Source of the DNA: an uncultured Hyphomicrobiales bacterium
GTDB taxonomy: Bacteria > Bacteroidota > Ignavibacteria > Kapaibacteriales > Kapaibacteriaceae
Length of the DNA: 64,000 bases
Reading direction: 5' to 3'
NCBI GenBank assembly: GCA_964620125.1
Contig: CAZUGQ010000003.1
Coordinates: 89,529-153,528 of the forward strand
Below the pieces are notes generated by a model, which was given only the letters and a program-made list of their open reading frames with translations, did no database searches and had not been told where the DNA came from. The translations under genes and the position numbers were made by a program. Numbering within the stretch: position 1 is the stretch's first letter; the number at the start of each line of letters is the position of its first letter. Shown here one piece after another: positions 20,151-30,085 of the stretch.

Positions 20151-20271
20151 TCATGTACCCCTTCAATCATCCGCAGCAAACAAGCGCCAGCCGTCGGACG
20201 ACGCTGCCACATCTCCAATATAGGACTGATTAAGTCGTATATTGTGCCACATCACAAAGCACGGAGTTGCA

Positions 20272-21710
20272 TGGCAACTGACATCCTCCACAGCGTTGTT
20301 GGACGCGAGTACGAATACGGTTTCGAGAGTCCTATTGAGCAGGAATTACTCCCAAAGGGGTTGAACGAGGGCGTAATTCGCTTCATTTCTTCCAGGAAAC
20401 AGGAACCTGAATGGATGCTCGAATGGCGTTTGCAAGCCTACGAGCATTGGCTGCGCATGAAGCAACCTCGCTGGGCCAATGTTTCGTATCCAGACATTGA
20501 CTTTCAGGACATCATCTACTACGCCGCTCCAAAAAAGAAGCCTACACTGAGCTCTTTAGATGAAGTTGACCCCGAGTTGCTTGCAACCTTTGCCAAGCTT
20601 GGTATTCCGCTCGAAGAACAGAAGGTTCTTGCAGGTGTTGCGGTTGACGCCGTTCTGGACAGCGTGAGTATAAAGACCACGTTCCAAGAAGCACTCAAGG
20701 AAAAGGGAGTAATCTTCTGCCCAATGAGTGAGGCAATTCGCGAACATCCCGAACTTGTTCGCAAGTACCTAGGATCCGTAGTACCAGTCACCGATAACTT
20801 CTATGCGGCACTCAACAGTGCCGTGTTCAGTGATGGATCGTTCGTCTACGTCCCCAAAGGGGTACGCTGCCCGATGGAACTGAGCACATACTTCCGTATC
20901 AACGCTCGGAACACAGGTCAGTTTGAAAGGACCCTTATCATCGCAGACGAGGGAAGCTATGTAAGCTACCTTGAAGGATGTACAGCGCCACGGCGAGACG
21001 AGAACCAGCTGCATGCTGCCGTTGTGGAACTTGTTGCACACGCCGATGCCGAGATCAAATACAGCACTGTGCAGAACTGGTACCCCGGCGATAAGGATGG
21101 CAAGGGTGGCGTGTACAACTTTGTGACCAAGCGTGGCATCTGCGAAGGAGCGCGTAGCAAAATCTCTTGGACGCAGGTGGAAACAGGGTCGGCGATCACA
21201 TGGAAGTATCCAAGTGTTGTCCTCAAAGGTGATGAGAGCGTTGGGGAGTTCTATAGTGTGGCAGTTACAGCTAACCACCAGCAGGCCGACACTGGAACGA
21301 AGATGACGCATATCGGAAGGAACACGCGGTCGCGTATCGTTAGCAAAGGTATCTCGGCAGGCAAATCACAAAACAGCTATCGCGGCTTGGTGCGCTTCAA
21401 TGCTCGTGCTCACAACAGTAGAAACTATTCGCAATGTGACTCACTGCTCATCGGTGATCAGTGTGGTGCACACACGTTTCCATATCTCGAAACGGGCAAC
21501 CCAACCTGTACGGTGGAGCACGAAGCAACAACGTCGAAGATTGCCGAAGATGTGCTGTTCTACTGCAACCAACGCGGGATCTCAACAGAAAAGGCTGTAG
21601 CCCTGATCGTGAATGGTTATGCTCGCGAAGTGCTCAATCACCTTCCCATGGAGTTTGCCGTCGAAGCGCAAAAACTCCTTGCCATTAGCCTCGAAGGGTC
21701 GGTTGGCTGA
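20272..21710 (+). CDS. sufB: Fe-S cluster assembly protein SufB
   Basis: ORF 20082..21710 trimmed to [24 protein letters not shown], excluding the repeat array. Conserved SufB/SufD fold motifs; 479 aa. Confidence 0.9.
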
Positions 21711-21744
21711 TTCAACAGTGTGAATAGCTCAGAACTCAAGTACC

Positions 21745-22521
21745 ATGGACAATCAAACGATGAACCCGATCCTCACAATTTCGGATTTGCATGCAGGCAT
21801 AGAAGGACGTGAAATCCTGAAGGGCGTAACACTCAATGTGTACCCGGGAGAAGTTCATGCAATCATGGGTCCGAACGGCTCTGGAAAGAGCACGCTGGCC
21901 AGTGTGCTTAGTGGAAGAGAGGACTACTCGGTATCCGCTGGCACAATTACGTTTCAGGATAAGGATCTGCTATCCATGTCGCCGGAAGAACGAGCATGGG
22001 CAGGCATTTTCCAAGCATTTCAGTATCCAGTGGAGATCCCGGGAGTAAGCACTGCCAACTTTGTACGCACGGCATTGAACGAAATCCGCTCAGCACGTGG
22101 CCTTGAGCCCCTTGATCCAGCCAGCTTTCTGATGCTCATGAAAGAACGCATGAAACTTGTGGATATGGATCCGGCGTTTCTTCAGCGATCACTCAATGAA
22201 GGGTTCTCTGGTGGCGAAAAGAAGCGGAACGAAATCTTTCAGATGGCAATGCTAGAACCAACACTGGCCGTGCTGGATGAAACGGACAGCGGCCTCGATA
22301 TCGACGCCTTGCGCATCGTGGCAAATGGTGTGAATGCACTTCGAACGGATCATAATGCAATTGTGCTCATCACACACTACCAACGGCTCCTCACGTATAT
22401 CGTGCCTGATGTGGTTCATGTTCTCATGGATGGCCGCATCGTTCGCACCGGCGGAAAGGACCTCGCGCTTGAACTAGAAGAACGCGGATACGATTGGATT
22501 CGAAGTGGAGTCGAAGCATGA
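21745..22521 (+). CDS. sufC: Fe-S cluster assembly ATPase SufC
   Basis: Walker [10 protein letters not shown], signature [11 protein letters not shown], Walker [14 protein letters not shown]-loop THY. Confidence 0.9.
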   Translation: MDNQTMNPILTISDLHAGIEGREILKGVTLNVYPGEVHAIMGPNGSGKSTLASVLSGREDYSVSAGTITFQDKDLLSMSPEERAWAGIFQAFQYPVEIPGVSTANFVRTALNEIRSARGLEPLDPASFLMLMKERMKLVDMDPAFLQRSLNEGFSGGEKKRNEIFQMAMLEPTLAVLDETDSGLDIDALRIVANGVNALRTDHNAIVLITHYQRLLTYIVPDVVHVLMDGRIVRTGGKDLALELEERGYDWIRSGVEA

Positions 22522-23732
22522 GTGAAGAATCTGCCAAGGGGCTCGAGGCAGTCGTGTCCAATTCCACTGTAACGGAACAACCGCTGGTGCGAAATGGGTG
22601 GCAAGATGCTTTAGAATACGCTGTTAAAAGCACGCTGCGGCATGAAGAGTGGAAGTATCTGAACTTGCTTCCATTGCTAAAGCTCGGCTTAGCATTCGAA
22701 AGCAGTCTTACTAAAACAGAAGGTAGCAGCTTTCACCCTGCAGGGTCGCAACAGTCAGAACTTGGCCCGTCTATCGTGATTGAAAACGGCAATGTGCTGC
22801 AGCTTACACATGATGCCCAGGTGGTTGCCAACGCTGCACATCACCATGTGGTTCGTGGCACTGCAACGGAGAGTCCGTTTGTTGCATTTGCTACAGACGT
22901 CGCACCGACGGTGGTAGAAGTTGTTATTCCTCCGGGGACTGTGCGGTCCGAACCCCTTCGCATCATCGTGTCGGGCAATAGCTCACAGCATGGAATTGTT
23001 TTTGCCACACGCGTTCGAGTTATTGCTAGCGAAGGCTCATCGGTCGTTATCGAAGAAACACATACGGCTCAGGGACAGGCTCACGTGCTCGGGCTTATGG
23101 TAACCGAACTACAAGCCCACCCGAACAGCCACATCGAGTATGTGAAAACAACCAATCTGCCCGATAATGCAAGGCATATTGGAGCTACCTTGATTCAGGT
23201 AAAAGCTCACGCCCGCGTGGACACACATACGTTCTGTCTGGGAGGTCCACTCGTTCGTAATGACCTCTATGTGCGATTAGAAGAGAGTGGTGCAGAAACC
23301 TATCTGAACGGTCTGTCGCACCTCCATGGCAACGAGGTTGCAGATAATCACACCGCAGTTGATCACCTGGTTCCGCACTGCCATAGTGAAGAACTCTATA
23401 AAGGCATTTATCATGATGCTTCAATGGGCGTGTTCAACGGCAAGATCTTCGTTCGGCACAATGCACAAAAAACAACGGCCTACCAAAGCAGTCGTTCGCT
23501 ATTACTTGGCGATCGTGCACAGGTGAATGCCAAGCCACAATTGGAGATATGGGCTGACGATGTGAAGTGTTCCCATGGTGCAACTACAGGGCAGTTAGAC
23601 GAAGAAACCATCTTTTACCTTCGATCCCGGGGCATCCGGCACGAAAAAGCAAAGGCACTTCTCGTTGAAGCCTTTGAACAGGAAATGTATGAGCGCTTAC
23701 CTGCAGCACTAAGAGCAGAACCTTCAGCGTGA
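22518..23732 (+). CDS. sufD: Fe-S cluster assembly protein SufD
   Basis: ATG overlaps the sufC stop (ATGA). C-terminal SufBD beta-helix ([20 protein letters not shown]...A..LL). Confidence 0.85.
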   Translation: MSEESAKGLEAVVSNSTVTEQPLVRNGWQDALEYAVKSTLRHEEWKYLNLLPLLKLGLAFESSLTKTEGSSFHPAGSQQSELGPSIVIENGNVLQLTHDAQVVANAAHHHVVRGTATESPFVAFATDVAPTVVEVVIPPGTVRSEPLRIIVSGNSSQHGIVFATRVRVIASEGSSVVIEETHTAQGQAHVLGLMVTELQAHPNSHIEYVKTTNLPDNARHIGATLIQVKAHARVDTHTFCLGGPLVRNDLYVRLEESGAETYLNGLSHLHGNEVADNHTAVDHLVPHCHSEELYKGIYHDASMGVFNGKIFVRHNAQKTTAYQSSRSLLLGDRAQVNAKPQLEIWADDVKCSHGATTGQLDEETIFYLRSRGIRHEKAKALLVEAFEQEMYERLPAALRAEPSA

Positions 23733-24952
23733 AAACCGACCTGTCCATCTTGCATACAGAGTTTCCGCTTCTATCACGAACGATACATGGCGGGAAGCCC
23801 CTTGTCTATCTAGACAATGCAGCTACTACGCAGAAACCACAGGTTGTGATTGATGCAGTCAACAGGTTCTACCGTGAAAAGAACAGCAACGTTCATCGCG
23901 GTGCACACGCCTTGGCTTCCGAAGCCACAGAAGCCTACGAGGCGGCACGGAGAGCTGTGGCCAAGTTTCTGCACGCCGATCGAGCTGATGAAGTAGTTTT
24001 TACCAAGGGAACTACGGAGAGTATCAACCTGGTAGCGAGCGCGTGGGGGGGGAAGCACTTGAGTCAGGGAGACGAGATCCTCCTCACCGGCATGGAACAC
24101 CATGCAAACATTGTACCCTGGCAGATGATTGCAGAACGCACCGGTGCTCGAATCGTTGTTGTCCCAGTCGAAGACGATGGCTCGATTGATGTGAAGGCTG
24201 CTGCAAACCTTATAACGGATAGAACGGTGCTGTTCAGCTTCACACATGTGAGCAATACGCTGGGTACAGTAAATCCAGTACGCGAATTGTGTGCACTTGC
24301 AAGAAGCCACGGTGCTCTCACGCTTGTTGATGGAGCACAGGCCGTGGCACATGAACAGGTGAACGTTGCAGACATTGGTTGCGACTTCTATGTGTTCTCG
24401 GCTCATAAGCTGTTTGGGCCAACAGGCATTGGCGTGCTGTGGGGACGCTACGACATACTGAACAGTATGCCACCCTATCAGGGCGGCGGAGCCATGATCC
24501 GTAGTGTGTCTTTCGAGGGCACCACATTCAACGACGTCCCATACCGGTTCGAGGCTGGTACTCCGCACATTGCCGGTGCTGTTGGTTTACATGCCGCTCT
24601 CAACTGGTTCAGTGAGCTCGACTCGGAACTGGTTCGCAAGCACGAAAACGCACTTCTCAAGCACATGGTGGATGGTCTAACGTCGATACACGGCGTGCGA
24701 TTCATCGGTCAAGCAAGCAACAGGGTAGGTATCGTGTCTTTCGTTGTGGAAGGTGTTCATGCCCACGACCTTGGCGTACTGCTTGATGAGCAGGGGGTTG
24801 CAATCAGAACAGGTCACCACTGCACGATGCCACTGATGGAGCGTTTCGGATGTAGCACCGTTGCCCGTGCATCACTGGCTGTGTACAACACCCATGATGA
24901 TGTAGATGCATTTCTTTTAGCGGTCACACGATCGGTGGAGATGCTTGTATGA
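23729..24952 (+). CDS. sufS: cysteine desulfurase SufS (class II aminotransferase V)
   Basis: YLDNAATTQKP, PLP-lysine SAHKLFGPTGIGVLWG, persulfide loop RTGHHCTMPL. GTG start overlaps the sufD stop. Confidence 0.9.
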   Translation: MKTDLSILHTEFPLLSRTIHGGKPLVYLDNAATTQKPQVVIDAVNRFYREKNSNVHRGAHALASEATEAYEAARRAVAKFLHADRADEVVFTKGTTESINLVASAWGGKHLSQGDEILLTGMEHHANIVPWQMIAERTGARIVVVPVEDDGSIDVKAAANLITDRTVLFSFTHVSNTLGTVNPVRELCALARSHGALTLVDGAQAVAHEQVNVADIGCDFYVFSAHKLFGPTGIGVLWGRYDILNSMPPYQGGGAMIRSVSFEGTTFNDVPYRFEAGTPHIAGAVGLHAALNWFSELDSELVRKHENALLKHMVDGLTSIHGVRFIGQASNRVGIVSFVVEGVHAHDLGVLLDEQGVAIRTGHHCTMPLMERFGCSTVARASLAVYNTHDDVDAFLLAVTRSVEMLV

Positions 24953-25752
24953 TTCAGCAAGAACCGCCACGCATCTCCGTGTCTGCACAGGAAACGGTGA
25001 AGAACCTTGAGCAAGAGTTTGCATTCTTTGACACGTGGGAAGATCGGTACGCACACATCATTCACATGGCACGGCATCTGGAGCCATATCCCGAGGAGCA
25101 TCGTACAGACGAATACCGGGTTCGCGGCTGTACCTCGCAGGTGTGGTTGTATCCAACATTCGATGGCGCGCGCTTACATTTTGCTGCCGACAGTGATGCC
25201 ATCATAGTTAAGGGCCTTGTGGCCATGCTCCTGCGTGTGTATAATCACCGCACCCCTGATGAAGTGTTGGCCGTTGACCCCGATTTTATCAAGCGGCTAG
25301 GACTCGACACGCACCTCTCTCCCAGTCGTGCAAATGGCCTAGTATCCATGATACAGCAGATTCGCAACTACGCATCTGCAAGTAAACTGCGTGCGGAGAA
25401 TAGCCCACAAACGATAACTAGCTCCGATTCATCTTCAAGCACGAACCAGCCACCAACACGTGATGCCATTATCGAGGCCATGCACACGGTGTTCGACCCC
25501 GAAATACCCATCGATATATACGAGCTTGGGCTGATCTATGAGATAACGGTAGACAAGGCCGGTGTTGTAAACATTGTGATGACGCTTACAACGCCGAACT
25601 GCCCCAGTGCTCAAACGTTACCGGCAGACGTTGAGCGAGCTGCACGTGCCGTTCCAGGTGTGAAGGATGTGAATGTGACCATTACATTCGATCCACCATG
25701 GGACAAGACCATGATGTCGGAAGCAGCACTTTTTTCCATTGGACTCTTTTAA
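24949..25752 (+). CDS. sufE: SufE sulfur-acceptor domain fused to DUF59/SufT (MIP18-family) Fe-S assembly domain
   Basis: N-terminal SufE with the conserved Cys in RVRGCTSQVWL. A Ser/Thr-rich linker (SSDSSSSTNQPPT) follows. C-terminal DUF59: FDPEIPIDIYELGLIY...TPNCPSAQ...PPWDKTMMSEAA. Confidence 0.75.
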   Translation: MIQQEPPRISVSAQETVKNLEQEFAFFDTWEDRYAHIIHMARHLEPYPEEHRTDEYRVRGCTSQVWLYPTFDGARLHFAADSDAIIVKGLVAMLLRVYNHRTPDEVLAVDPDFIKRLGLDTHLSPSRANGLVSMIQQIRNYASASKLRAENSPQTITSSDSSSSTNQPPTRDAIIEAMHTVFDPEIPIDIYELGLIYEITVDKAGVVNIVMTLTTPNCPSAQTLPADVERAARAVPGVKDVNVTITFDPPWDKTMMSEAALFSIGLF

Positions 25753-25755
25753 CCG

Positions 25756-26865
25756 GTGGCCGTCACATTCCATCCGTTAACCATTGCTGACGTTGTGCGA
25801 GAAACGCCCGACGCAATTTCCATTTCTTTTAACGTGCCCGACGATCTGCGGCCCATGTTCCTATACAAGAGTGGCCAGTACCTAACGGTACGGGTTGTGG
25901 TGAACGGCGTGGAACACCGAAGGAATTACTCCCTCTGCAGTTCTCCTGCACACCAGGAGCCCCTTCGCATCGCCGTAAAACGCGTGCATCAGGGCGCTGT
26001 GAGCCAATGGTTGAATGAACATGCCGCACCAGGGATGCCGTTGGAAGTGTACCCTCCGATGGGGAACTTCACCAAGGAACTTCATCCCGACAACTCCCGA
26101 CATTACGTGATGGTGGCAGGGGGCTCTGGTATAACACCCATCCTTAGTTTGCTAAAGTCGGTTCTTCGCATCGAGCAGAACAGTGTTGTAACCCTCGTAT
26201 ACGCCAATCGCAATGAGGAGAGCATCATTTTCGCTGCTGAACTTGCTCGCTTGGCCCAAACACACCCAGAGATCTTGCGTGTGGTGTACGTTCTCGAGGA
26301 GGCATCGGCTCACGGACTCGAGCAGTTCATTGGAAGAATGGATGAAGGCGTAACACGGCAGGTAATCAACTCGGTGGTGCCGTCACTCGAATTGGTAGAG
26401 GCTTTTGTGTGTGGCCCACCCGGCATGATGGAGAGCGTTCTTTCCGTCTTTACATCACTTGGTCTAGCACCTGAGCGCATTCACCGTGAATACTTTACAA
26501 TTAACAAACACCCGGAACTCACAACCGCGAGCGGAATGGACAGTACAGCAACAGACCTTGAAGAACTACCTGGAACGGATCAAATTGTTCCTCGCACAGT
26601 AACCGTGCGGCTGTATGGTGATGAACACACCTTTGAAGTGCAGCCGGATGAAACGATTCTACTTGCAGCCCAACGGGCTAACCTTGACCCCCCATATGCA
26701 TGCCAGATCGGAGCATGCTGTACGTGCAGAGCAAAGATTGTTCGAGGGCGTGTGAAGATGGATGAACGCGAAGCCTTGAGCGACGACGAAATCGCCGAAG
26801 GATATGCCTTAACCTGTCAGAGCCACCCGCTCACCGACGACGTAATTGCAGATTACGATCAGTAA
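25756..26865 (+). CDS. FNR-like FAD/NAD(P)-binding oxidoreductase with C-terminal plant-type [2Fe-2S] ferredoxin domain (PaaE/PaaK-type reductase)
   Basis: FAD-binding R.YS and GQYLTVRV; NAD-binding MVAGGSGITP. C-terminus CQIGACCTC...(28)...C with YALTCQSHP. Confidence 0.75.
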   Translation: MAVTFHPLTIADVVRETPDAISISFNVPDDLRPMFLYKSGQYLTVRVVVNGVEHRRNYSLCSSPAHQEPLRIAVKRVHQGAVSQWLNEHAAPGMPLEVYPPMGNFTKELHPDNSRHYVMVAGGSGITPILSLLKSVLRIEQNSVVTLVYANRNEESIIFAAELARLAQTHPEILRVVYVLEEASAHGLEQFIGRMDEGVTRQVINSVVPSLELVEAFVCGPPGMMESVLSVFTSLGLAPERIHREYFTINKHPELTTASGMDSTATDLEELPGTDQIVPRTVTVRLYGDEHTFEVQPDETILLAAQRANLDPPYACQIGACCTCRAKIVRGRVKMDEREALSDDEIAEGYALTCQSHPLTDDVIADYDQ

Positions 26866-26899
26866 CCACGAAACATGTAGCAGCCACTATCCCATTATC

Positions 26900-27331
26900 A
26901 TGATTCGCCTGAGTAAGAAAGTTGAGTATGCGCTTCTTGCCGTGCAACACATGGCATGTAGGCCAGGGTGTGTTGTGAGCAGCAAAGACATCGCAACCAC
27001 GTTCAACATCTCCTTGGCCTTAGTGGCCAAGGTACTCCAGGCATTGGTTCATGCTGGTGTTGTTCGCTCGTATCACGGTGTGAACGGTGGATACGAATTG
27101 GCAATGCCGGCACAGCAGATCAGTGTTGCCGATGTAATGGCTGCTATCGAAGGTTCGGCGGCTGGCATCGTTGACTGTCAGCATTCGGACCACGAAATTT
27201 GTGACGTGCTCCAAACGTGCACGATACGAAAGCCCCTTTCCATTCTTCAGGAAAGGATTACGGCAACCTTTGCCTCCATGAGTGTGGCGGAGTTGGCCAA
27301 CCCTTCACTTGTAAACATTTCATTGTCATAA
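26900..27331 (+). CDS. Rrf2-family transcriptional regulator (IscR/NsrR-like, 3-Cys cluster site)
   Basis: MIRLSKKVEYALLAVQHMA... wHTH; Cys triad in CQHSDHEICDVLQTC. Start trimmed from ORF 26846. Confidence 0.75.
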   Translation: MIRLSKKVEYALLAVQHMACRPGCVVSSKDIATTFNISLALVAKVLQALVHAGVVRSYHGVNGGYELAMPAQQISVADVMAAIEGSAAGIVDCQHSDHEICDVLQTCTIRKPLSILQERITATFASMSVAELANPSLVNISLS

Positions 27332-27340
27332 GGAGTAACA

Positions 27341-27739
27341 ATGTCCGTTACCATGATTGGTGCCGATGCACTCTCTATCCCAACGGGAATCACCGGCACG
27401 GATGCTGCAGACAACATCACCATCACCAGTAAAGCACTGGCTCAAGTACGAGAGATAAAGCAACAGAACAACATTCCCGACACGCACGGTTTGCGCATTG
27501 GTGTTAAAGGCGGTGGTTGCAGTGGCATGAGCTACACACTCGGCTTTGATAGCGAGTCGCGTGAACATGACATGATTCTTGACGCCGAAGGTGTAAAGGT
27601 GTTTATCGACGCCAAAAGCATGTTCTATCTGATGGGTGTAACGCTCGATTACAGCGATGGACTCATGGGAAGAGGTTTCACCTTCAATAATCCTAATGCT
27701 ACCAAAACCTGTGGTTGTGGTAGTTCGTTTGGAGTGTAA
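27341..27739 (+). CDS. iscA: A-type Fe-S carrier (IscA/SufA/HesB family) with N-terminal extension
   Basis: ITITSKALAQVREI..., CSGMSY, and C-terminal CGCGSSF motifs. Confidence 0.8.
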   Translation: MSVTMIGADALSIPTGITGTDAADNITITSKALAQVREIKQQNNIPDTHGLRIGVKGGGCSGMSYTLGFDSESREHDMILDAEGVKVFIDAKSMFYLMGVTLDYSDGLMGRGFTFNNPNATKTCGCGSSFGV

Positions 27740-27830
27740 GTAGCGAACCTGACTTTCACAGAGCTTCCCCTGAAGGGGGCTTGGTCTGCCAATCTTTCAA
27801 CACTGATACAAATCAACCACGGGAGTAACG

Positions 27831-28454
27831 ATGAGCTACGAATGGAAGTTCAATGCACGGCCATATACAGACGAGGAAGCCAAGGATTTGCTGAAGGATG
27901 TTGTCTCGCCCGAAACGTCGGACTGGCACTACAACACCCATCATAAGGGGTACGTCACGTTCCTGAACAAGATCGAGGCGGCATTACCAGCAGCAGACAA
28001 GTCGGCAGCTAATGGTAACTGGAGCGAATTCGGCGAGCTTAAGCGCAGGCAAACATGGAACCATGCCGGAACGGTTCTGCACGACGTATACTGGGAAGTG
28101 TTAGGGGGCGATGGTAATGTAGAAGCAGGCCCCGAAATTAAGGCAGCAATCGAAGCGGAGTTTGGCTCTGTGGACGCGTGGAAAGCAGATTTTAAAGCCA
28201 CGGCCGTTGCTGCCAAGCTAAGTGGCTGGGGCGTGCTGTGTATAGACAAACTGTACTCTGGTCGTCTACTCAACGTGTTGGTTGACGAACATCACTACGG
28301 CGCCATTTGGGGGGGGATCCCACTCATCTCCTGTGATGTGTTCGAGCATGCATACTATCACAAGGACGGTCCTGGTCGGGCCAAGTACATCGAGAATTTT
28401 TTGAACAACCTGCACTGGGGTAGAATCAACCAGCGCTATTTGTCGTTCAAGTGA
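27831..28454 (+). CDS. sod: Fe/Mn superoxide dismutase
   Basis: N-terminal YNTHHKGYV, C-terminal DVFEHAYYHKDG...AKYIENFLNNLHW. Confidence 0.9.
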   Translation: MSYEWKFNARPYTDEEAKDLLKDVVSPETSDWHYNTHHKGYVTFLNKIEAALPAADKSAANGNWSEFGELKRRQTWNHAGTVLHDVYWEVLGGDGNVEAGPEIKAAIEAEFGSVDAWKADFKATAVAAKLSGWGVLCIDKLYSGRLLNVLVDEHHYGAIWGGIPLISCDVFEHAYYHKDGPGRAKYIENFLNNLHWGRINQRYLSFK

Positions 28455-29080
28455 GGGTAGGACTCTTCCCCCTGAATCTGGTGCTGTTCCCAGGAACACG
28501 CCTGCCTCTGCACATTTTCGAGCCGCGGTACCGGACACTCATCGCTGAATGTTTGGAACGCGGCTCCCGTTTTGGCGTGAACCTCATTGAACACGGGCAT
28601 CTGTTTCCTGTGGGCTGCCTTGCACGAGTGACTACGTTAACTCAGAAGTATTCGGATGGACGGATGGACATCGTAATCGAAGGCACGGACAGATTCAGAT
28701 TGCTGAACGTGCATGACGGCGATCATCCATACGTGGAGGGAGATGTAGAAGTCATCGTTGACGAGCCTATTGCTATCGATCCATCGTTGGTTTCGGACTG
28801 CAGTGGACTCTACAATCAGATTATCCAACTCGTCTATGGCAATACCGAGCCGTTGTTTCAACCAGAGGAGTTGGGTAGTCACAGTCCATCCTTCGTGATG
28901 GCACCGAAGAGTGGGCTCACGAATGACCAAAAGCAGAAGCTCCTGGAGGCTGGTTCGGAGAACGAACGTCTTGAATTGCTCCGTGATCATCTCATGCAGA
29001 TCGTTCCCACCATCCGTCAAGCTGAGCACGTGCAGCGCATCATTCGTTCTGACGGTTATCTAAAGGCGATTGAAGAGTGA
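28451..29080 (+). CDS. LON substrate-binding (Lon N-terminal) domain protein, no protease/ATPase domain
   Basis: MRVGLFPLNLVLFPGTRLPLHIFEPRYRTLIAECLE matches the LON N-domain start. 209 aa; overlaps the sod stop. Confidence 0.75.
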   Translation: MRVGLFPLNLVLFPGTRLPLHIFEPRYRTLIAECLERGSRFGVNLIEHGHLFPVGCLARVTTLTQKYSDGRMDIVIEGTDRFRLLNVHDGDHPYVEGDVEVIVDEPIAIDPSLVSDCSGLYNQIIQLVYGNTEPLFQPEELGSHSPSFVMAPKSGLTNDQKQKLLEAGSENERLELLRDHLMQIVPTIRQAEHVQRIIRSDGYLKAIEE

Positions 29081-29622
29081 TCATTGCCGGTCTTGGCAAC
29101 CCAGGAGAAGAATACGCTGCAACCCGCCATAACGTTGGGTTTATGGTTGTGGACGCATTTGTGAAGAAACATGGGGGTGCATGGAAAACGGAATCAGGTC
29201 TGTACTCTGAATCCAACCTGCGATATGCAAGCAAGAATGTGAGTGTGATCAAGCCCCTTACCTACATGAACGAAAGCGGCCGTGCCATCAGGAAGGCCAT
29301 GGCAGTTCACGGAACTAAACCACAGGATGTGGTGGTGGTGGTAGATGAATTCAATTTCCCGGTAGGCCGAGTACATCTCCGATCCGGTGGTAGCGACGGC
29401 GGTCATAACGGGGTTGCCAGCGTGATTAAGGAACTGGGGACTCCACACTTCTGGCGACTTCGGCTTGGCATTGATCGGGATTTTGGTCCTGGTCAGCTCG
29501 TGGACTATGTGCTTAGTCCATTCCCGTCTGAAAAGTTGGATGCCGTTCGATCAATGCTGGATACGGCTGTCGTCACACTTGAAGCCATCGTTCGATTGGG
29601 ACCAGCCGCTGCACGGACGTAG
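29077..29622 (+). CDS. pth: peptidyl-tRNA hydrolase
   Basis: MIIAGLGNPGEEYAATRHNVGFMVVD, ...HNG; 181 aa; overlaps the previous gene. Confidence 0.9.
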   Translation: MIIAGLGNPGEEYAATRHNVGFMVVDAFVKKHGGAWKTESGLYSESNLRYASKNVSVIKPLTYMNESGRAIRKAMAVHGTKPQDVVVVVDEFNFPVGRVHLRSGGSDGGHNGVASVIKELGTPHFWRLRLGIDRDFGPGQLVDYVLSPFPSEKLDAVRSMLDTAVVTLEAIVRLGPAAART

Positions 29623-30085
29623 CCTCGCAGCCGGACAACCATATACCCGGAATCAGCGAAACGCGGCTCAGGAAAGTCAGATACCGCTGTTTACGTTTTT
29701 GCCACATGCTAGAAGATACTTGAGAAAGACGAATGCAAGTCTGCATGGTTCCTGCGAATAACTGCGTACGTAGATTAACGATTAAACATGTGGAAAACTA
29801 CTTGATAGTACGAGTTAATACGTATATTGTCAGTCCGGTAAACCGTCCATAGGGTCGGAATCTTATATCACTACAGGAGTATTTACTGGGATTTTGTATC
29901 TGTGTTACCACGCAGTTACGGAGTTTCACGTAGGGACTTGTTGTCGCAACTCGTTGCCCTACAACAATTTGCATGGTATTACTGAACACTTTTCCATGCG
30001 TAGGCTCTAGTTTTGTTGCTGTTAGAGAGTGGGGTGGGACCTTCTCTCAAGCAGCATCGGGACAAGTGCCACGTACTATCAAACC

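Noticed and set aside
20082-20271. Extension of the sufB ORF back into the repeat array
   Set aside because: The extension is encoded by the palindromic repeats (ORF track shows PGTQ... repeats). SufB homology begins at the ATG at 20272.
27760-27800. Hairpin CCCCTGAAGGGG after iscA as a terminator
   Set aside because: Only a 4-5-bp stem with no T-tract. The sod gene follows 40 nt later on the same strand, so read-through is likely.
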